Part shown: positions 9,768 to 20,034 of the stretch, piece by piece
Layout of the letters: every line of letters begins with the position of its first letter
Position numbering within the stretch: position 1 is the first letter of the stretch
Notes under the pieces: model-generated
Databases searched by the model: none
Told to the model about the DNA's origin: nothing
Seen by the model: the letters and a program-made list of their open reading frames with translations, nothing else
Assembly: GCA_965248925.1 (NCBI GenBank)
Contig: CBDFLE010000005.1
Coordinates: forward strand, 2,016,001-2,080,000
Direction: 5' to 3'
DNA: 64,000 nt
Source of the DNA: Candidatus Multivoradales bacterium
GTDB taxonomy: Bacteria > Acidobacteriota > Thermoanaerobaculia > Multivoradales > J023
Translations under genes and position numbers: made by a program

Positions 9768-11654
9768 TCAGCCGACTAACTCTTCGAGTTCGGTCCAACG
9801 CTCGAAGGCTACTTCGAGCTCGCTCTCGACCTGCGCCAAGCGGTCGCGGGCGGTACCGGCCGCGGCGCCATCACCGGTGCGGTAGAGCTGTGGATCGGCC
9901 AGTTTGGCGTGCAATTCGCCTCGTTCGGTTTCGAGCGTGTCGATACGGGCCGGCAAGGCCGCGAGTTCTTGTTTCTGCCGATAGCTGAGCTTCTTCGGTC
10001 GCTCTTTTTTGGCCGCCGCGGGGAGCTTGCGAGCCGTCTTCTTCTTCGCCGATGACGACTCGGGTTGGGCGCGTTGCTCCAACCAATCGCTGTAGCCACC
10101 GGCGTACTCACCCACTCGACCGTCGCCTTCCATCACCAGCGTGGTGGTGGCAACGTTGTCGAGAAAAGCGCGGTCGTGGCTGACCAGCAGCAGGGTGCCG
10201 TCGAGTTCCACCAGCAATGCTTCGAGCAGCTCCAGCGTCTCGACATCGAGATCGTTGGTGGGCTCGTCCATCACCAACAGATTGAAAGGGCGGGTGAAGA
10301 GTCGCGCCAGCAGCAGTCGGTTGCGCTCGCCCCCCGACAGAGAACTCACCGGACTGCGGGTTTGGGCGGGAGGAAAGAGAAAGCTCTGCAAGTAGCTGAT
10401 CACGTGCCGCGGCTGGCCACCGACCACAACTTTGTCATTGCCGTCGGCAACGTTGTCGGCCACCGACTTGCTGTCGTCGAGCTGCTCGCGCAACTGATCG
10501 AAGTAGGCCACTTGTAAGCGCGTGCCGTGATGAACCCGCCCCTCTTTGGGCTGCAGATCGCCGAGCAGCAGCTTGAGCAAGGTGGTCTTGCCCGAGCCGT
10601 TGGGCCCCAGGATGCCGACCTTGTCACCGCGCAGGATAGTGGTCGTGAGGTCCCGCACCAGCGGCGAGCCGTCATAGCCGAAAGTGAGCCTGTCGGTCTC
10701 GAGGACAATCTTGCCCGAGCGCCGTGCGTCTTCGACCCGCAAACGTGCCTGACCGCCCTGCTGGCGCCGCTGACGGCGTTCTTCGCGCAGCTTCTCGAGC
10801 GCCCGCACTCGTCCTTCGTTGCGGGTCCGCCGAGCTTTGATGCCCTGGCGGATCCAAACTTCTTCTTGCGCCAGGCGCTTGTCGAACTTCGCCGACTGAT
10901 CGGCCTCGACCTCGAGTTGATGGCGGCGGCGCTCCAGGTAGCGTCCCCAGGCCCCAGGCCAGTCGCTGAGTTGGCCGCGGTCGAGTTCAAAAATGCGGTT
11001 GGCGACTTGCTGCAAAAAAGCGCGGTCGTGAGTGACGAAGATCAGCCCGCCGGCGAAGTCCAGCAGCAGCTCTTCGAGCCACTCGATGGCCGGGATGTCG
11101 AAGTGGTTGGTGGGCTCGTCGAGTAGCAGCAGGTCGGGCTCGGCGACCAGGGCACGGGCCAGCAACACGCGCCGCTTGAGCCCTCCCGACAGGGTCTCGA
11201 AGCGGGTCTCCTCGGGCAGCCGCAAGCGCGACATCACAGTCTCCACCCGGCGCTCGTGATGCCAAGCGCCAGCCGCCTCGATGCGCTCCTGCACTTTCTC
11301 CAGGCGAGCCAGATCGATCTCCCCGTCAGCGGCGTGGCTCAGCCGGTGATACTCGATCAGCAATGCCCCATGCCCGGCGACACCAGAGGACACCACGTCG
11401 AAGATCTCACCCTCGATATGACGCGGCACCTCCTGCGCCAAACGCCGCACCGTGCTGCCCGGCGCCAGGGAGACCTCGCCGTCGTCGGCCGGTAGATCGC
11501 CGGCCAGCAGTTTCAGCAAGGTCGACTTGCCGCAGCCATTGCGGCCCACCAAGGCCACCCTCTCGCCAGCCTCGACCTGAAAGCCGATGCCATCGAGCAG
11601 CGGCGCATCGCCACCAAAGGTCAAGCTGAGATCGCGGACGCCAATCAGCGCCAT
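9768..11654 (-). CDS. uup: ABC-F family ATPase Uup
   Basis: Two ABC domains (GRNGCGKST/LSGG/DEPTN and GPNGSGKTT/LSGGE/DEPTN), WIRQGIKARRTRNEGRVRAL linker, C-terminal KLSY coiled coil. Start placed at MALIGVRDL. Confidence 0.92.
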   Translation of the reverse strand: MALIGVRDLSLTFGGDAPLLDGIGFQVEAGERVALVGRNGCGKSTLLKLLAGDLPADDGEVSLAPGSTVRRLAQEVPRHIEGEIFDVVSSGVAGHGALLIEYHRLSHAADGEIDLARLEKVQERIEAAGAWHHERRVETVMSRLRLPEETRFETLSGGLKRRVLLARALVAEPDLLLLDEPTNHFDIPAIEWLEELLLDFAGGLIFVTHDRAFLQQVANRIFELDRGQLSDWPGAWGRYLERRRHQLEVEADQSAKFDKRLAQEEVWIRQGIKARRTRNEGRVRALEKLREERRQRRQQGGQARLRVEDARRSGKIVLETDRLTFGYDGSPLVRDLTTTILRGDKVGILGPNGSGKTTLLKLLLGDLQPKEGRVHHGTRLQVAYFDQLREQLDDSKSVADNVADGNDKVVVGGQPRHVISYLQSFLFPPAQTRSPVSSLSGGERNRLLLARLFTRPFNLLVMDEPTNDLDVETLELLEALLVELDGTLLLVSHDRAFLDNVATTTLVMEGDGRVGEYAGGYSDWLEQRAQPESSSAKKKTARKLPAAAKKERPKKLSYRQKQELAALPARIDTLETERGELHAKLADPQLYRTGDGAAAGTARDRLAQVESELEVAFERWTELEELVG

Positions 11655-11867
11655 GGGGCTAGGCTCCGATGACCCGAACCAATACCGGGATCGGTCAGCG
11701 GTGAGATCAACAGGCTGACGGACCGCAGGATGAGCAACAGAGTCTTTTTCATGAGCTACTCTTGAGTTTCGAAATTCGGCGCCTAGAATAACTCGCCGAG
11801 CACCCATAGCTCGAAGAGCTTCAGACCTGGGAAGGAAGAGCACGCGGAGGGATCAACGGTCACGACC

Positions 11868-12086
11868 ATGAGAATATACACCTACACCCAAGCCCGAGAA
11901 CGCCTTGCGGCCGTCTTGGAAGAGGCAAAGCGGGACGAAGTGATCATCAGACGCCGTAATGGCGATCAGTTCAGAGTCGCCCTGCGAGAGCCGAGCAGCT
12001 CTCCTTTTGACGTTCCTCCAGTCCGCACTCGGGTGACCACGCGAGACATCCTCGAAGCGCTGCGCGACTCGCGCGAGCGGCACTAG
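11868..12086 (+). CDS. Phd/YefM-family antitoxin-like protein
   Basis: MRIYTYTQARERLAAVLEEA..EVIIRRRNG matches the Phd N-terminal pattern; a GGAGG RBS lies upstream. Confidence 0.75.
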   Translation: MRIYTYTQARERLAAVLEEAKRDEVIIRRRNGDQFRVALREPSSSPFDVPPVRTRVTTRDILEALRDSRERH

Positions 12087-12341
12087 CCAGATCGACCACG
12101 TTACCCCGAGCACCGAACTTGCCCAAGCAAGCCGTCGGGCGGCAATTGCGGTGCAAGAAGATTTTGCTAGCTGCAAAACCGTGCCGCGCTTGCAGCGCCT
12201 GCGCAGCGTGCTCCCCCGAGCCGCGACTCCTGACCAAGGAATCTGTCTTCGGCAAAGAATTCGCGAAGGATCTGCCTTGTTGGTGTCTCATCTATTTGCG
12301 TAGAGTTGTATCCGCAGGCCAAGCACACCAAAGTGAACAGC

Positions 12342-13364
12342 ATGAAACACCACCCAACACCTCACAGCATCATCTTCCCCTTGCTGCTGATCGCCGCTGC
12401 ACTACCCGCGGCCCTCGCCGCCGAGACAGTGAAGAACAGCCGCAGCAAGATGGGGTCGCGCTTCGACATCACCGTGGTGGCCACCGACCCAGCAGCGGCT
12501 GAGCGCGCTATCGCCGCTGCCTGGGCTGAGATCGACCGCATCGAAGCGCTGATCTCAAGCTGGCGCGAGGATTCAGAAACCAGTGCCGTCAACCGCGCCG
12601 CCGGCCAGCAGCCGGTGGCGGTCTCGGACGAACTCTTCGGCCTGGTACGACGGGCACTCAAAATCTCTGAACTCAGCGACGGCGCTTTCGACATCACCTT
12701 CGCCTCTCTCGGCCGGCTGTGGGATTTCCGTGCCGAGCAGCCGGTGTTGCCGGACCCCGCCGAGCTTGAGCGGCGGCTGGCAGATGTCGATTGGCGACAG
12801 GTCGAGCTCGACCCGGCGGCCAAGACGATCCGCCTCGGCCGCGCCGGTAGCCGGATTGGGTTCGGCGCCATCGGCAAGGGCTATGCCGCCAACCGCGCGG
12901 TGTTTATTTTGCGCGAACAAGGCATTCGCCATGGCGTGGTTTCGGCCGGCGGTGATTTGGTGGCCTTTGGCAAGCGTGAGAATGGACGGCCCTGGTCGAT
13001 CGGCATCTCCGATCCACGCCAACCCGACAAGGTGTTCGCCTCGCTCGATCTCAGCGACACCGCGGTGGTGACCTCGGGCGACTACGAGAGTTTCATCGAG
13101 ATCGACGGCAAGCGCTATGCGCACATTCTCGACCCCCGCACTGGCTGGCCGGTGGAGCATCTGCGCAGCGTCACCGTGGTCTGCCCCGATGCCGAACTGG
13201 CCGATGCCCTGGCCACTACTGTCTTTGTGCTCGGACCTGACAAGGGTCTGGCGCTGATCGATCGGCTGCGCGGCATCGAGGGGATGCTGGTGACACCGAG
13301 CGGCGAGATTCTGACGTCCTCTGGCTTCGATTCGAAACGGCTGACTATGGAGAGTTCACATTGA
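12342..13364 (+). CDS. apbE: FAD:protein FMN transferase
   Basis: MGSRFDI, GAFDIT, GAIGKGYA, GGD, TSGDYE, HILDPRTG and ADALATT; signal peptide. Confidence 0.95.
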   Translation: MKHHPTPHSIIFPLLLIAAALPAALAAETVKNSRSKMGSRFDITVVATDPAAAERAIAAAWAEIDRIEALISSWREDSETSAVNRAAGQQPVAVSDELFGLVRRALKISELSDGAFDITFASLGRLWDFRAEQPVLPDPAELERRLADVDWRQVELDPAAKTIRLGRAGSRIGFGAIGKGYAANRAVFILREQGIRHGVVSAGGDLVAFGKRENGRPWSIGISDPRQPDKVFASLDLSDTAVVTSGDYESFIEIDGKRYAHILDPRTGWPVEHLRSVTVVCPDAELADALATTVFVLGPDKGLALIDRLRGIEGMLVTPSGEILTSSGFDSKRLTMESSH

Positions 13365-13603
13365 AGATCCTGCAAAAGCTTCTCACCCGACCGCCGATGG
13401 CCCTTTCGCTGCTCGGCCTGGCCGCTTTGGCCGCTGGCGGCTGCGCCACTGTCCAACCTTGGGAGCGTGATCTGCACGCTCTCGAGCCGATGCAACTTGA
13501 GGTCTGCGCCACCGCTGGCTTCGAGCGCAATTTCGAGGTCTACCGCGAGGGCGCCGTCGGTGCCAATGGCGGCAAGTCGGGAGGTGGCTGCGGATGCTCC
13601 TGA
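13361..13603 (+). CDS. DUF4266-like lipoprotein
   Basis: Lipobox AGGC, VQPWER, REGA and C-terminal GGGCGC. Confidence 0.85.
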   Translation: MKILQKLLTRPPMALSLLGLAALAAGGCATVQPWERDLHALEPMQLEVCATAGFERNFEVYREGAVGANGGKSGGGCGCS

Positions 13604-14802
13604 CAAGGTCAACCCGATACTGGCCGACGGCGGCCACCCTCGCTGGCTTGCTGCTGGCCAGCGCGGCACTGGCTCAAGGTGGATCCGGCAACACCGCTGA
13701 CTTGGAAATCGACACTGGAGAAAAATTCGACATCGATTTCCTGCTCAACTACTACGATCAGGACGGCGAACGCTCGCCGGTGACTGGCGGTCTCGGCACC
13801 GAGGATCAGCAGGTGATCGCACCGGTGATTCGAGTGCGGTGGCAGAAGAGTGATAAATGGTCGCTCAACACCACCTTCGGCATAGACCAGATCACCTCGG
13901 CATCGACCGACAACATCGACGACGAGGTGTCGAGCGCCTCGCGACTCGACACTCGCGCCCATGCCGTCGTCGGCCTGACTCGCACGGTCGGCGGCCAGAG
14001 CATCGGCTTCGATGTCGGCTTCTCCAAGGAGTATGACTACAAGTCGGTCTCCGCCGGCCTGAGTTGGAGCCGCGAGTTCAACCAGCGCAACACCGCACTC
14101 TTCGCCAGCCTGCGCCACTACTCCGACGATGTCGACATCTACCCCATCGATGGCACTCCCAACAATGACGGGCCGGGGAGCGAGCAATTGCTGGGCACCG
14201 AGGGCCGCGACACCACGGATTTCTCCTTCGGCATCACTCAGGTCTTGGGGCGCAAGACCCTCGGCACCCTGGAACTGTCGCATTCGAGCCAGAGCGGCTT
14301 CCTCTCAACGTCGTTCCACGAGGTGATCTTGCAAGACGGCACGCGGGTGGCCGAGCGCTTGCCCGACAGCCGCTCGCGCAGCGCCATTGGCCTGCGCCTC
14401 AACCACAGCTTCAGCCGGCGCATGGTGCTGCGCACCTACTACCGTTACTACGACGACGATTGGGGGGTCAGCGCCCACACTTTGGAGATCGAGCCCCACT
14501 TCAAGATCGGCCAGAAGCGCGACACCTGGTGGTTCCCGATTCTGCGTTTCCACACCCAAGACGGTAGCGACTTCTTCGCTGAACCCTTCACCTTCACCGC
14601 GGCGGACAGGTTTTTCACCGCCGATGGCGACATCAGCGAATTCGACAGTCATAAGTTCGGCATCGGCTTGCGCACCTCCCTCAACGGCGCACCTGGTTGG
14701 TTGGGCCCGTTGCGCCGCCTGGAAACCCGAGTGACTTTCTATGATCGCGACGATGGCTTGGAGGCGTTCTCGGTCTCATACGGCCTGGGCTGGAGCTTCT
14801 GA
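13594..14802 (+). CDS. DUF3570-like outer-membrane beta-barrel
   Basis: DQITSAS, SKEYDY, ERLPDSR, YRYYDDDWGV and a terminal Phe; context between DUF4266 and a thioredoxin. Confidence 0.85.
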   Translation: MLLTRSTRYWPTAATLAGLLLASAALAQGGSGNTADLEIDTGEKFDIDFLLNYYDQDGERSPVTGGLGTEDQQVIAPVIRVRWQKSDKWSLNTTFGIDQITSASTDNIDDEVSSASRLDTRAHAVVGLTRTVGGQSIGFDVGFSKEYDYKSVSAGLSWSREFNQRNTALFASLRHYSDDVDIYPIDGTPNNDGPGSEQLLGTEGRDTTDFSFGITQVLGRKTLGTLELSHSSQSGFLSTSFHEVILQDGTRVAERLPDSRSRSAIGLRLNHSFSRRMVLRTYYRYYDDDWGVSAHTLEIEPHFKIGQKRDTWWFPILRFHTQDGSDFFAEPFTFTAADRFFTADGDISEFDSHKFGIGLRTSLNGAPGWLGPLRRLETRVTFYDRDDGLEAFSVSYGLGWSF

Positions 14803-14803
14803 A

Positions 14804-15559
14804 ATGGGGCGCCCACTCCGGTTGCTGACAGCGCTCCTCGGGCTGGCGCTCCTCGCCGGCCCGGTGGCCGCCGCCGAACTCGATCAACACGGTAAGGCCC
14901 ATCCCCTCGATGGCTCTAGCGGCCGCTACACAGTGGTCGACTTCGCCGCTTCCTGGTGCCAGCCCTGCATCCGCTCGCTGCCCGAGCTTGAGCTGCTGGC
15001 CGCCAGCTACCCGCAGTTTGACTTCGTGGTCATCAGCGTCGACGACCTGGTCGCTGGGCGCGACCGGCTGGTCGAGCAACTCGGCCTCACCCTGCCGGTG
15101 CTGTGGGATCAGGACTACCGCTTGGCCGAACGCTTCAAGCCCAAGGCCATGCCAGCGACTCTCATCGTCGACCCGGCAGGCGAGGTGATCTACCGCCACA
15201 CCGGCTACAACACCAAGGTCTGGCGGGAGCTTATCGACCAGCTAGGCACCCTCGCCCCCATTTCTGGAGGCGGCGAATCGGCGCGACAAGCAATCGCCCC
15301 CCCCTTGATCGTCGGTCGTCGCGCTATCATGGTCTCACCCGCCAGTTACCGACCACGGCTGCAACATCGCGGCCTACCTGGTGCAACGGATGAGAAGACG
15401 ACCGAAACAACTGCTCGCTGGGAACCGGATCAGCCGGGTTGCCCTGCTGGTCTTGCTGTCGCTGCTGTCGCCACACGCTCTCCTGGCAAAACCGTCAGCG
15501 ACCGCAGCGCCGCTCGCCGGCCGGTCACTGGCCGAGGCCCTGGAGCTGCTGCGCGCTGA
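14804..15559 (+). CDS. TlpA-like thioredoxin (C-terminus probably over-extended)
   Basis: DFAASWCQPC motif and AMPAT cis-Pro loop. The fold appears to end near 15270, yet the ORF runs on into the next gene. Confidence 0.8.
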   Translation: MGRPLRLLTALLGLALLAGPVAAAELDQHGKAHPLDGSSGRYTVVDFAASWCQPCIRSLPELELLAASYPQFDFVVISVDDLVAGRDRLVEQLGLTLPVLWDQDYRLAERFKPKAMPATLIVDPAGEVIYRHTGYNTKVWRELIDQLGTLAPISGGGESARQAIAPPLIVGRRAIMVSPASYRPRLQHRGLPGATDEKTTETTARWEPDQPGCPAGLAVAAVATRSPGKTVSDRSAARRPVTGRGPGAAAR

Positions 15560-17957
15560 AGGTCTCGAACTGTTCTTCAGCAGCCGGCTGGTGGGCGCCG
15601 AACTGCAAGTCGCGTTTGAGCCCGACGCCAAAACCCCGCGCCAGCGACTCGAGCAACTATTGAGCCCCCACGGCCTGCGGGTCGAAAACGGGCCAGGAAA
15701 TCGCCTACTAGTAGTCACCGCACCGCCGAGGCTGGTTGGTCAAGTAGTGGGCCAAGGAAGCGGCGAGCCGCTGGCCGGAGTGCGGGTCGTGCTACCCGAG
15801 ATCGGCCGCGAAGCCCGCACCAACCGAGCCGGTGAGTTTCAACTCGCCGATTTGGCCGCTAACAGCTACCGGGTCGAAGTCCACCTGCCTGGCTTCGTCA
15901 TCGGCCAGCTCTCCGCGGTCGAGGTGGCACCAGGCCAGGCCACCCGCATCGACTTGCGGCTCGTCGCCGTGCCCCGGTCAGCGAGTGAAATCGTAGTGAT
16001 GCCGAGCATCCACCCCCCGAGTCAGCCACCACTGCGTCGACATCTCGCTCTACAGCGCAGTGATCTCGACTGGGCGCCTCGTTTTGGCGACGATCCTTTA
16101 CGCGCCGCCAGCAGCCTGCCGAGCACCCTCAACACCGAAGCTTCGGCCGCCTTTGGCGTGCGCGGCGGCCGCAACGACGAAATCCTGGTCCAGCTCGATG
16201 GCCTCGAACTGCTGGTGCCGTACCACCTACAGGACTTCGACAGCGCGATCAGCCTGCTAGCGCCGCAGACCCTCGACTCGGTGCAACTGATGCCCAGTAG
16301 CTACTCGGTGGAATACGGCGACCGCATGGGCGGAGTCCTCGATCTCACCACTTTGAGCCCGGCAAGCTCGATCGAGCGCCGTCTGGGCGTCACCCAGAGC
16401 GAGTTCTCGTTCAGTGCTGCCGGCGCTCTAGCGGAGCAGCGTTTGCGCTGGCTGACCGCTGCCCGCGCCGGCTCGCACCACGATGCGTTGGAGCGCAACG
16501 GCCGCGAAGGCGATCCAAGCTATTGGGACGTGATGGCCAAGGTCGAGTTTTCGCTCGGTGGACGACAAGGGCTGCGATTCAACAGCCTGGTGGCCGATGA
16601 TCGATTCGAGTTTCAACAGACCACCGAGTCCGATGACAATGCCGAGCAGTTCAAGACCCACTGGCAAAATCGCTACTTCTGGCTCACCCACAGTGCCTTG
16701 CTACGGCCGAATTTATCCCTGGAAACGGTGCTGTCCACCGGTCGGGTATCGCACAATCGTAGCGGCCAGGCCGAGGACGAGACCACATTCGACCTGCGCG
16801 ACGACCGCGACCTGGCGTTGGCCGGGCTCAAACAACGCTGGCAGCTCGCCCTCGGCGACCGACACCGCTGGCAAGCCGGCTTCGAGCTGCGGCGCCTGCG
16901 GGCCAACTACAACTACTCTAACAATCGACGCCTGGACAGCCCGTTGGCCGCATTACGCAGCCGCAGCGAGGATGGCAACACGAGTCTTAGCCGTGAGTTT
17001 CCCGGTGATCTTGGCGCCATCTTCGTCGCCGATCAGCTCGAGTTCGGCAGCCTGGAGCTCGAATTTGGTTTGCGCGCCGACCGCAGTCGCCTGACCGATG
17101 ATCGCCAGATCAGCCCGCGCCTGGCCCTCGCTTGGCAGAGTTCCGAGCGCACCGTGTGGCGAGCCTCCTGGGGCATCTTCCATCAGAGTCAACGCTCCTA
17201 CGAGTTGCAGGTCGGCGATGGCGAAAGCGCTTTCGGTCCCGCTGAGCGCGCCGAGCATCGAGGTCTCGGCTTCGAGCATCGCTGGCCCGCCGGAACTCGG
17301 CTTGCGTTCGAACTCTACGACCGCCGCTTCAGCCGCCCCCGGCCACGTTGGGAGAACCTCTTCAGTCCCCTGGAGATATTCCCCGAACTGGCGGTAGACC
17401 GCATCCGCGTGGCCCCAGACAGTGGCTACGCCAGCGGCGTCGAGCTGGGTCTGCAAGGCGCTCCAGGTCACCGCCTGAGCTGGGAGCTGGCCTATGCCTA
17501 CAGCGTCGCCCGCGATCACCTCGATGGCCGCGAGGTGCCCCGCGCCAATGATCAACCACATTCTCTGAGAGCCAATCTTGGCTGGCGCCTGGGCAGCGCC
17601 TGGCAGTTGCGGCTGGCCTGGCAGTATCACACTGGCTGGCCCACCACCGCGCTCTCCGCCAGCCTCGAGACCGCGGCCGACGGTAGCCAGAGCCAGCAAC
17701 CAGTGTTGGGGCCGCTGCGGGCAGAACGGCTGCCCGCCTATCACCGCCTGGACCTGCGCCTGAGCCGCGAACTCACCCTGCCCTATGGTCGCCTGGCAGC
17801 CTACGTCGACTTGCACAACGCCTACAGCCGACCCAATGTCCGCGGTTTCGACGATTTAGAGTTTGGCAGCGATTCAACCGGTCAACCGCTGATCGAGTCC
17901 ACCACTGTCACTTGGGGCGGCTTGCTGCCGACCGTGGGACTGAGCTGGACTTTCTGA
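15390..17957 (+). CDS. TonB-dependent receptor with N-terminal STN-like and carboxypeptidase-regulatory-like domains
   Basis: Signal peptide, LAEALELL..GLELFFSS, plug motifs VRGG..LDG and YGDRMGGVLDL, YHRLDLR, terminal WTF. Confidence 0.9.
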   Translation: MRRRPKQLLAGNRISRVALLVLLSLLSPHALLAKPSATAAPLAGRSLAEALELLRAEGLELFFSSRLVGAELQVAFEPDAKTPRQRLEQLLSPHGLRVENGPGNRLLVVTAPPRLVGQVVGQGSGEPLAGVRVVLPEIGREARTNRAGEFQLADLAANSYRVEVHLPGFVIGQLSAVEVAPGQATRIDLRLVAVPRSASEIVVMPSIHPPSQPPLRRHLALQRSDLDWAPRFGDDPLRAASSLPSTLNTEASAAFGVRGGRNDEILVQLDGLELLVPYHLQDFDSAISLLAPQTLDSVQLMPSSYSVEYGDRMGGVLDLTTLSPASSIERRLGVTQSEFSFSAAGALAEQRLRWLTAARAGSHHDALERNGREGDPSYWDVMAKVEFSLGGRQGLRFNSLVADDRFEFQQTTESDDNAEQFKTHWQNRYFWLTHSALLRPNLSLETVLSTGRVSHNRSGQAEDETTFDLRDDRDLALAGLKQRWQLALGDRHRWQAGFELRRLRANYNYSNNRRLDSPLAALRSRSEDGNTSLSREFPGDLGAIFVADQLEFGSLELEFGLRADRSRLTDDRQISPRLALAWQSSERTVWRASWGIFHQSQRSYELQVGDGESAFGPAERAEHRGLGFEHRWPAGTRLAFELYDRRFSRPRPRWENLFSPLEIFPELAVDRIRVAPDSGYASGVELGLQGAPGHRLSWELAYAYSVARDHLDGREVPRANDQPHSLRANLGWRLGSAWQLRLAWQYHTGWPTTALSASLETAADGSQSQQPVLGPLRAERLPAYHRLDLRLSRELTLPYGRLAAYVDLHNAYSRPNVRGFDDLEFGSDSTGQPLIESTTVTWGGLLPTVGLSWTF

Positions 17958-17970
17958 GCCGGCGCAGGCC

Positions 17971-19950
17971 CTACCAGCGATGTACTACCAAATCGGCGCT
18001 GCTTCCCTCGTCCACCGCTGAATCGAGCAGCAAGCGCAGCGCGGGCCGCGACGCAGGAATGGTGAAGCGGTCGGTGACAAAACTATGCCCCTTGCCTCGC
18101 CGTCGCGTCCACAGCAGGTCGAAGCGTTGATCGCCCACTTGCAGGTCTGGAACCTCCTGCACCTGCCGGGTGGTAGCGTCCGGCAGCCACACCCTCAGTG
18201 AGACCAACTCGCCGGCTGCCAACTCGTCGGACAGCTCGGCTTGCAGGCAGTATTGGCCGCTGCCGCAACGGCTAGCCACCAAGCGCAGCGCTGGGGCCCG
18301 CTCAACCCGCTGATGGGCCAGGGCGATCACCGACGGTCCGCGCAGCTCTAACAACTTGGCGCGGAAGGTACGACGCTGAGCGGCTGGCACCCGGTCGACC
18401 TGCCGCTGGTAGAACGCCGCGCTAGCACCCGCCAGGTTGGCAGCCGGAAACAGCAGGCCATCGCTCAGATCGAGCCGAGTATCATCCAATTCACTAAGCT
18501 GTTCGACCCGGCGCAGTCCAGCCCGACTGCTGGCAAAGGGCTTGGCGCTCTCCCACCTGGTGCGCGGCTGCTGCCAGATCTCTTCGTAAGCGATTCGCCC
18601 CTGCGGCGGTCGCAACATCTTCGCCAGCGCCAGTCGCGCCGCATCGTAAGTGGTCGGCACTATGCTGCGGTAGACGTAGTTGAGGCCAGCCGGGGCCAGC
18701 ACCACCAACGCCAAAGCCACCGCCAGCAATTTTCCCAGCGGACTTCCCAGCGGCGACCAACGGGCCGCCAAGCGGCGCCAAACGGCGACCCCAAACCAGG
18801 CGCCGCAGAGGGCGACCAGGGGCAGCACATGAAGAAAGTTGTTGGGCTTGAAGTAGGCTGTCTGCAAGGCATAGGTGACGACGTAGATCGGCGGCAATAC
18901 TAGCAACATGCCACGTTCGATACGCACCAGCGGAGGCCTACCACGGCGCCAAACGGTCACCCCGAGCAAGACGAAGCCCAGCAACCCCAGAGAGCCGAAA
19001 ACCAAGCCCAGACCGTAGTCGTCGACAATCAATGCGCCCACCTTGCCGGGAATCTCCAGCCGGGTCTGCTCGCTCCAGCCGGCGCGCATGGCGTAGTCGC
19101 GGCGCAAACCCTTGAGCACCGTCACATAGCCGGCCCAATTCGGGTTGGTCAGCACAAAGACCCCCCCGCTGACCACCCCAGCGAGGGCTAGCAAACCGAA
19201 CCTGCGCCTCTCAAAGCGCCACGCCGGCAGCAAGGTGGCCAGGGTCAGGGGCAGGGCGATCAAACCGCCGGTGAGCTTGGCCGACAAGGCAAGGGCGATC
19301 GCCAAGCCGGTACCGACCGCGGCCCGCAATCGCTGCTCCTGGACCACCGCCAGCGAGCCGTAGAAAGCCAACAACACTGCCGTGGTGAGCAGGGCATCGG
19401 GTTTGAAAACCGCCGACGCATGGATATGCCAGGGGCAGAAGGTCATGGCCAGAGTGGCCAACAGACCCACCGCAGGCGAGAACATCCGTCGACCGATCAA
19501 GAAAACCAACAGCAGGCCAACGGTGCCGTAGAGCGACTGCAACCAGCGGCTGATCAAATAGCCAGCGGGCAGGAATGAACCCTCCTGGTGCACCTTGAAC
19601 GCTTCACGACCGGTGTGCTGGTAGATCGCCTCGCTGACCCTCATCAGCAATGCTGGCGGCAGCGAGACCACCGGTGACGGGTAGTAACCGCTAACCACCT
19701 GGAAGCTACCGTCGATCAAGATCGGCCGCACGTTGTCGAGACTGTAACCTTCGTCCCAGAAGCGCCCGGAGTTAGGGGTAGCGCTGGCATACCAAACCCG
19801 CAAGGACAATCCAGCCACCAGCAACAGAGCCAGCAACAGCCACTGACTCCGAACCCAGAAGCCACCGCGGGGCGCCGCGGGGACTGGCTGGTGGTGGGAA
19901 TCTGCGGCCGCGCGGTGCGGCGACTGGTCAGTTCCAGATGGGCTCGGCAT
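17971..19950 (-). CDS. GT39/ArnT-like membrane glycosyltransferase
   Basis: Multiple TM helices, FWDE loop, KPD and ALSAK motifs. Confidence 0.8.
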   Translation of the reverse strand: MPSPSGTDQSPHRAAADSHHQPVPAAPRGGFWVRSQWLLLALLLVAGLSLRVWYASATPNSGRFWDEGYSLDNVRPILIDGSFQVVSGYYPSPVVSLPPALLMRVSEAIYQHTGREAFKVHQEGSFLPAGYLISRWLQSLYGTVGLLLVFLIGRRMFSPAVGLLATLAMTFCPWHIHASAVFKPDALLTTAVLLAFYGSLAVVQEQRLRAAVGTGLAIALALSAKLTGGLIALPLTLATLLPAWRFERRRFGLLALAGVVSGGVFVLTNPNWAGYVTVLKGLRRDYAMRAGWSEQTRLEIPGKVGALIVDDYGLGLVFGSLGLLGFVLLGVTVWRRGRPPLVRIERGMLLVLPPIYVVTYALQTAYFKPNNFLHVLPLVALCGAWFGVAVWRRLAARWSPLGSPLGKLLAVALALVVLAPAGLNYVYRSIVPTTYDAARLALAKMLRPPQGRIAYEEIWQQPRTRWESAKPFASSRAGLRRVEQLSELDDTRLDLSDGLLFPAANLAGASAAFYQRQVDRVPAAQRRTFRAKLLELRGPSVIALAHQRVERAPALRLVASRCGSGQYCLQAELSDELAAGELVSLRVWLPDATTRQVQEVPDLQVGDQRFDLLWTRRRGKGHSFVTDRFTIPASRPALRLLLDSAVDEGSSADLVVHRW

Positions 19951-20034
19951 TGGGGCAGACTATACGGCTACCGATAGGGTCCGCCAGCGCTGGTTGACAG
20001 CGCTTCGCTTTGGCCACACGATGGCCTGAGAATC

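Noticed and set aside
11655-11843. 63-aa N-terminal extension of Uup in the ORF track
   Set aside because: Family similarity starts at MALIGVRDL (11654); the upstream part looks like non-coding sequence that happens to be open.
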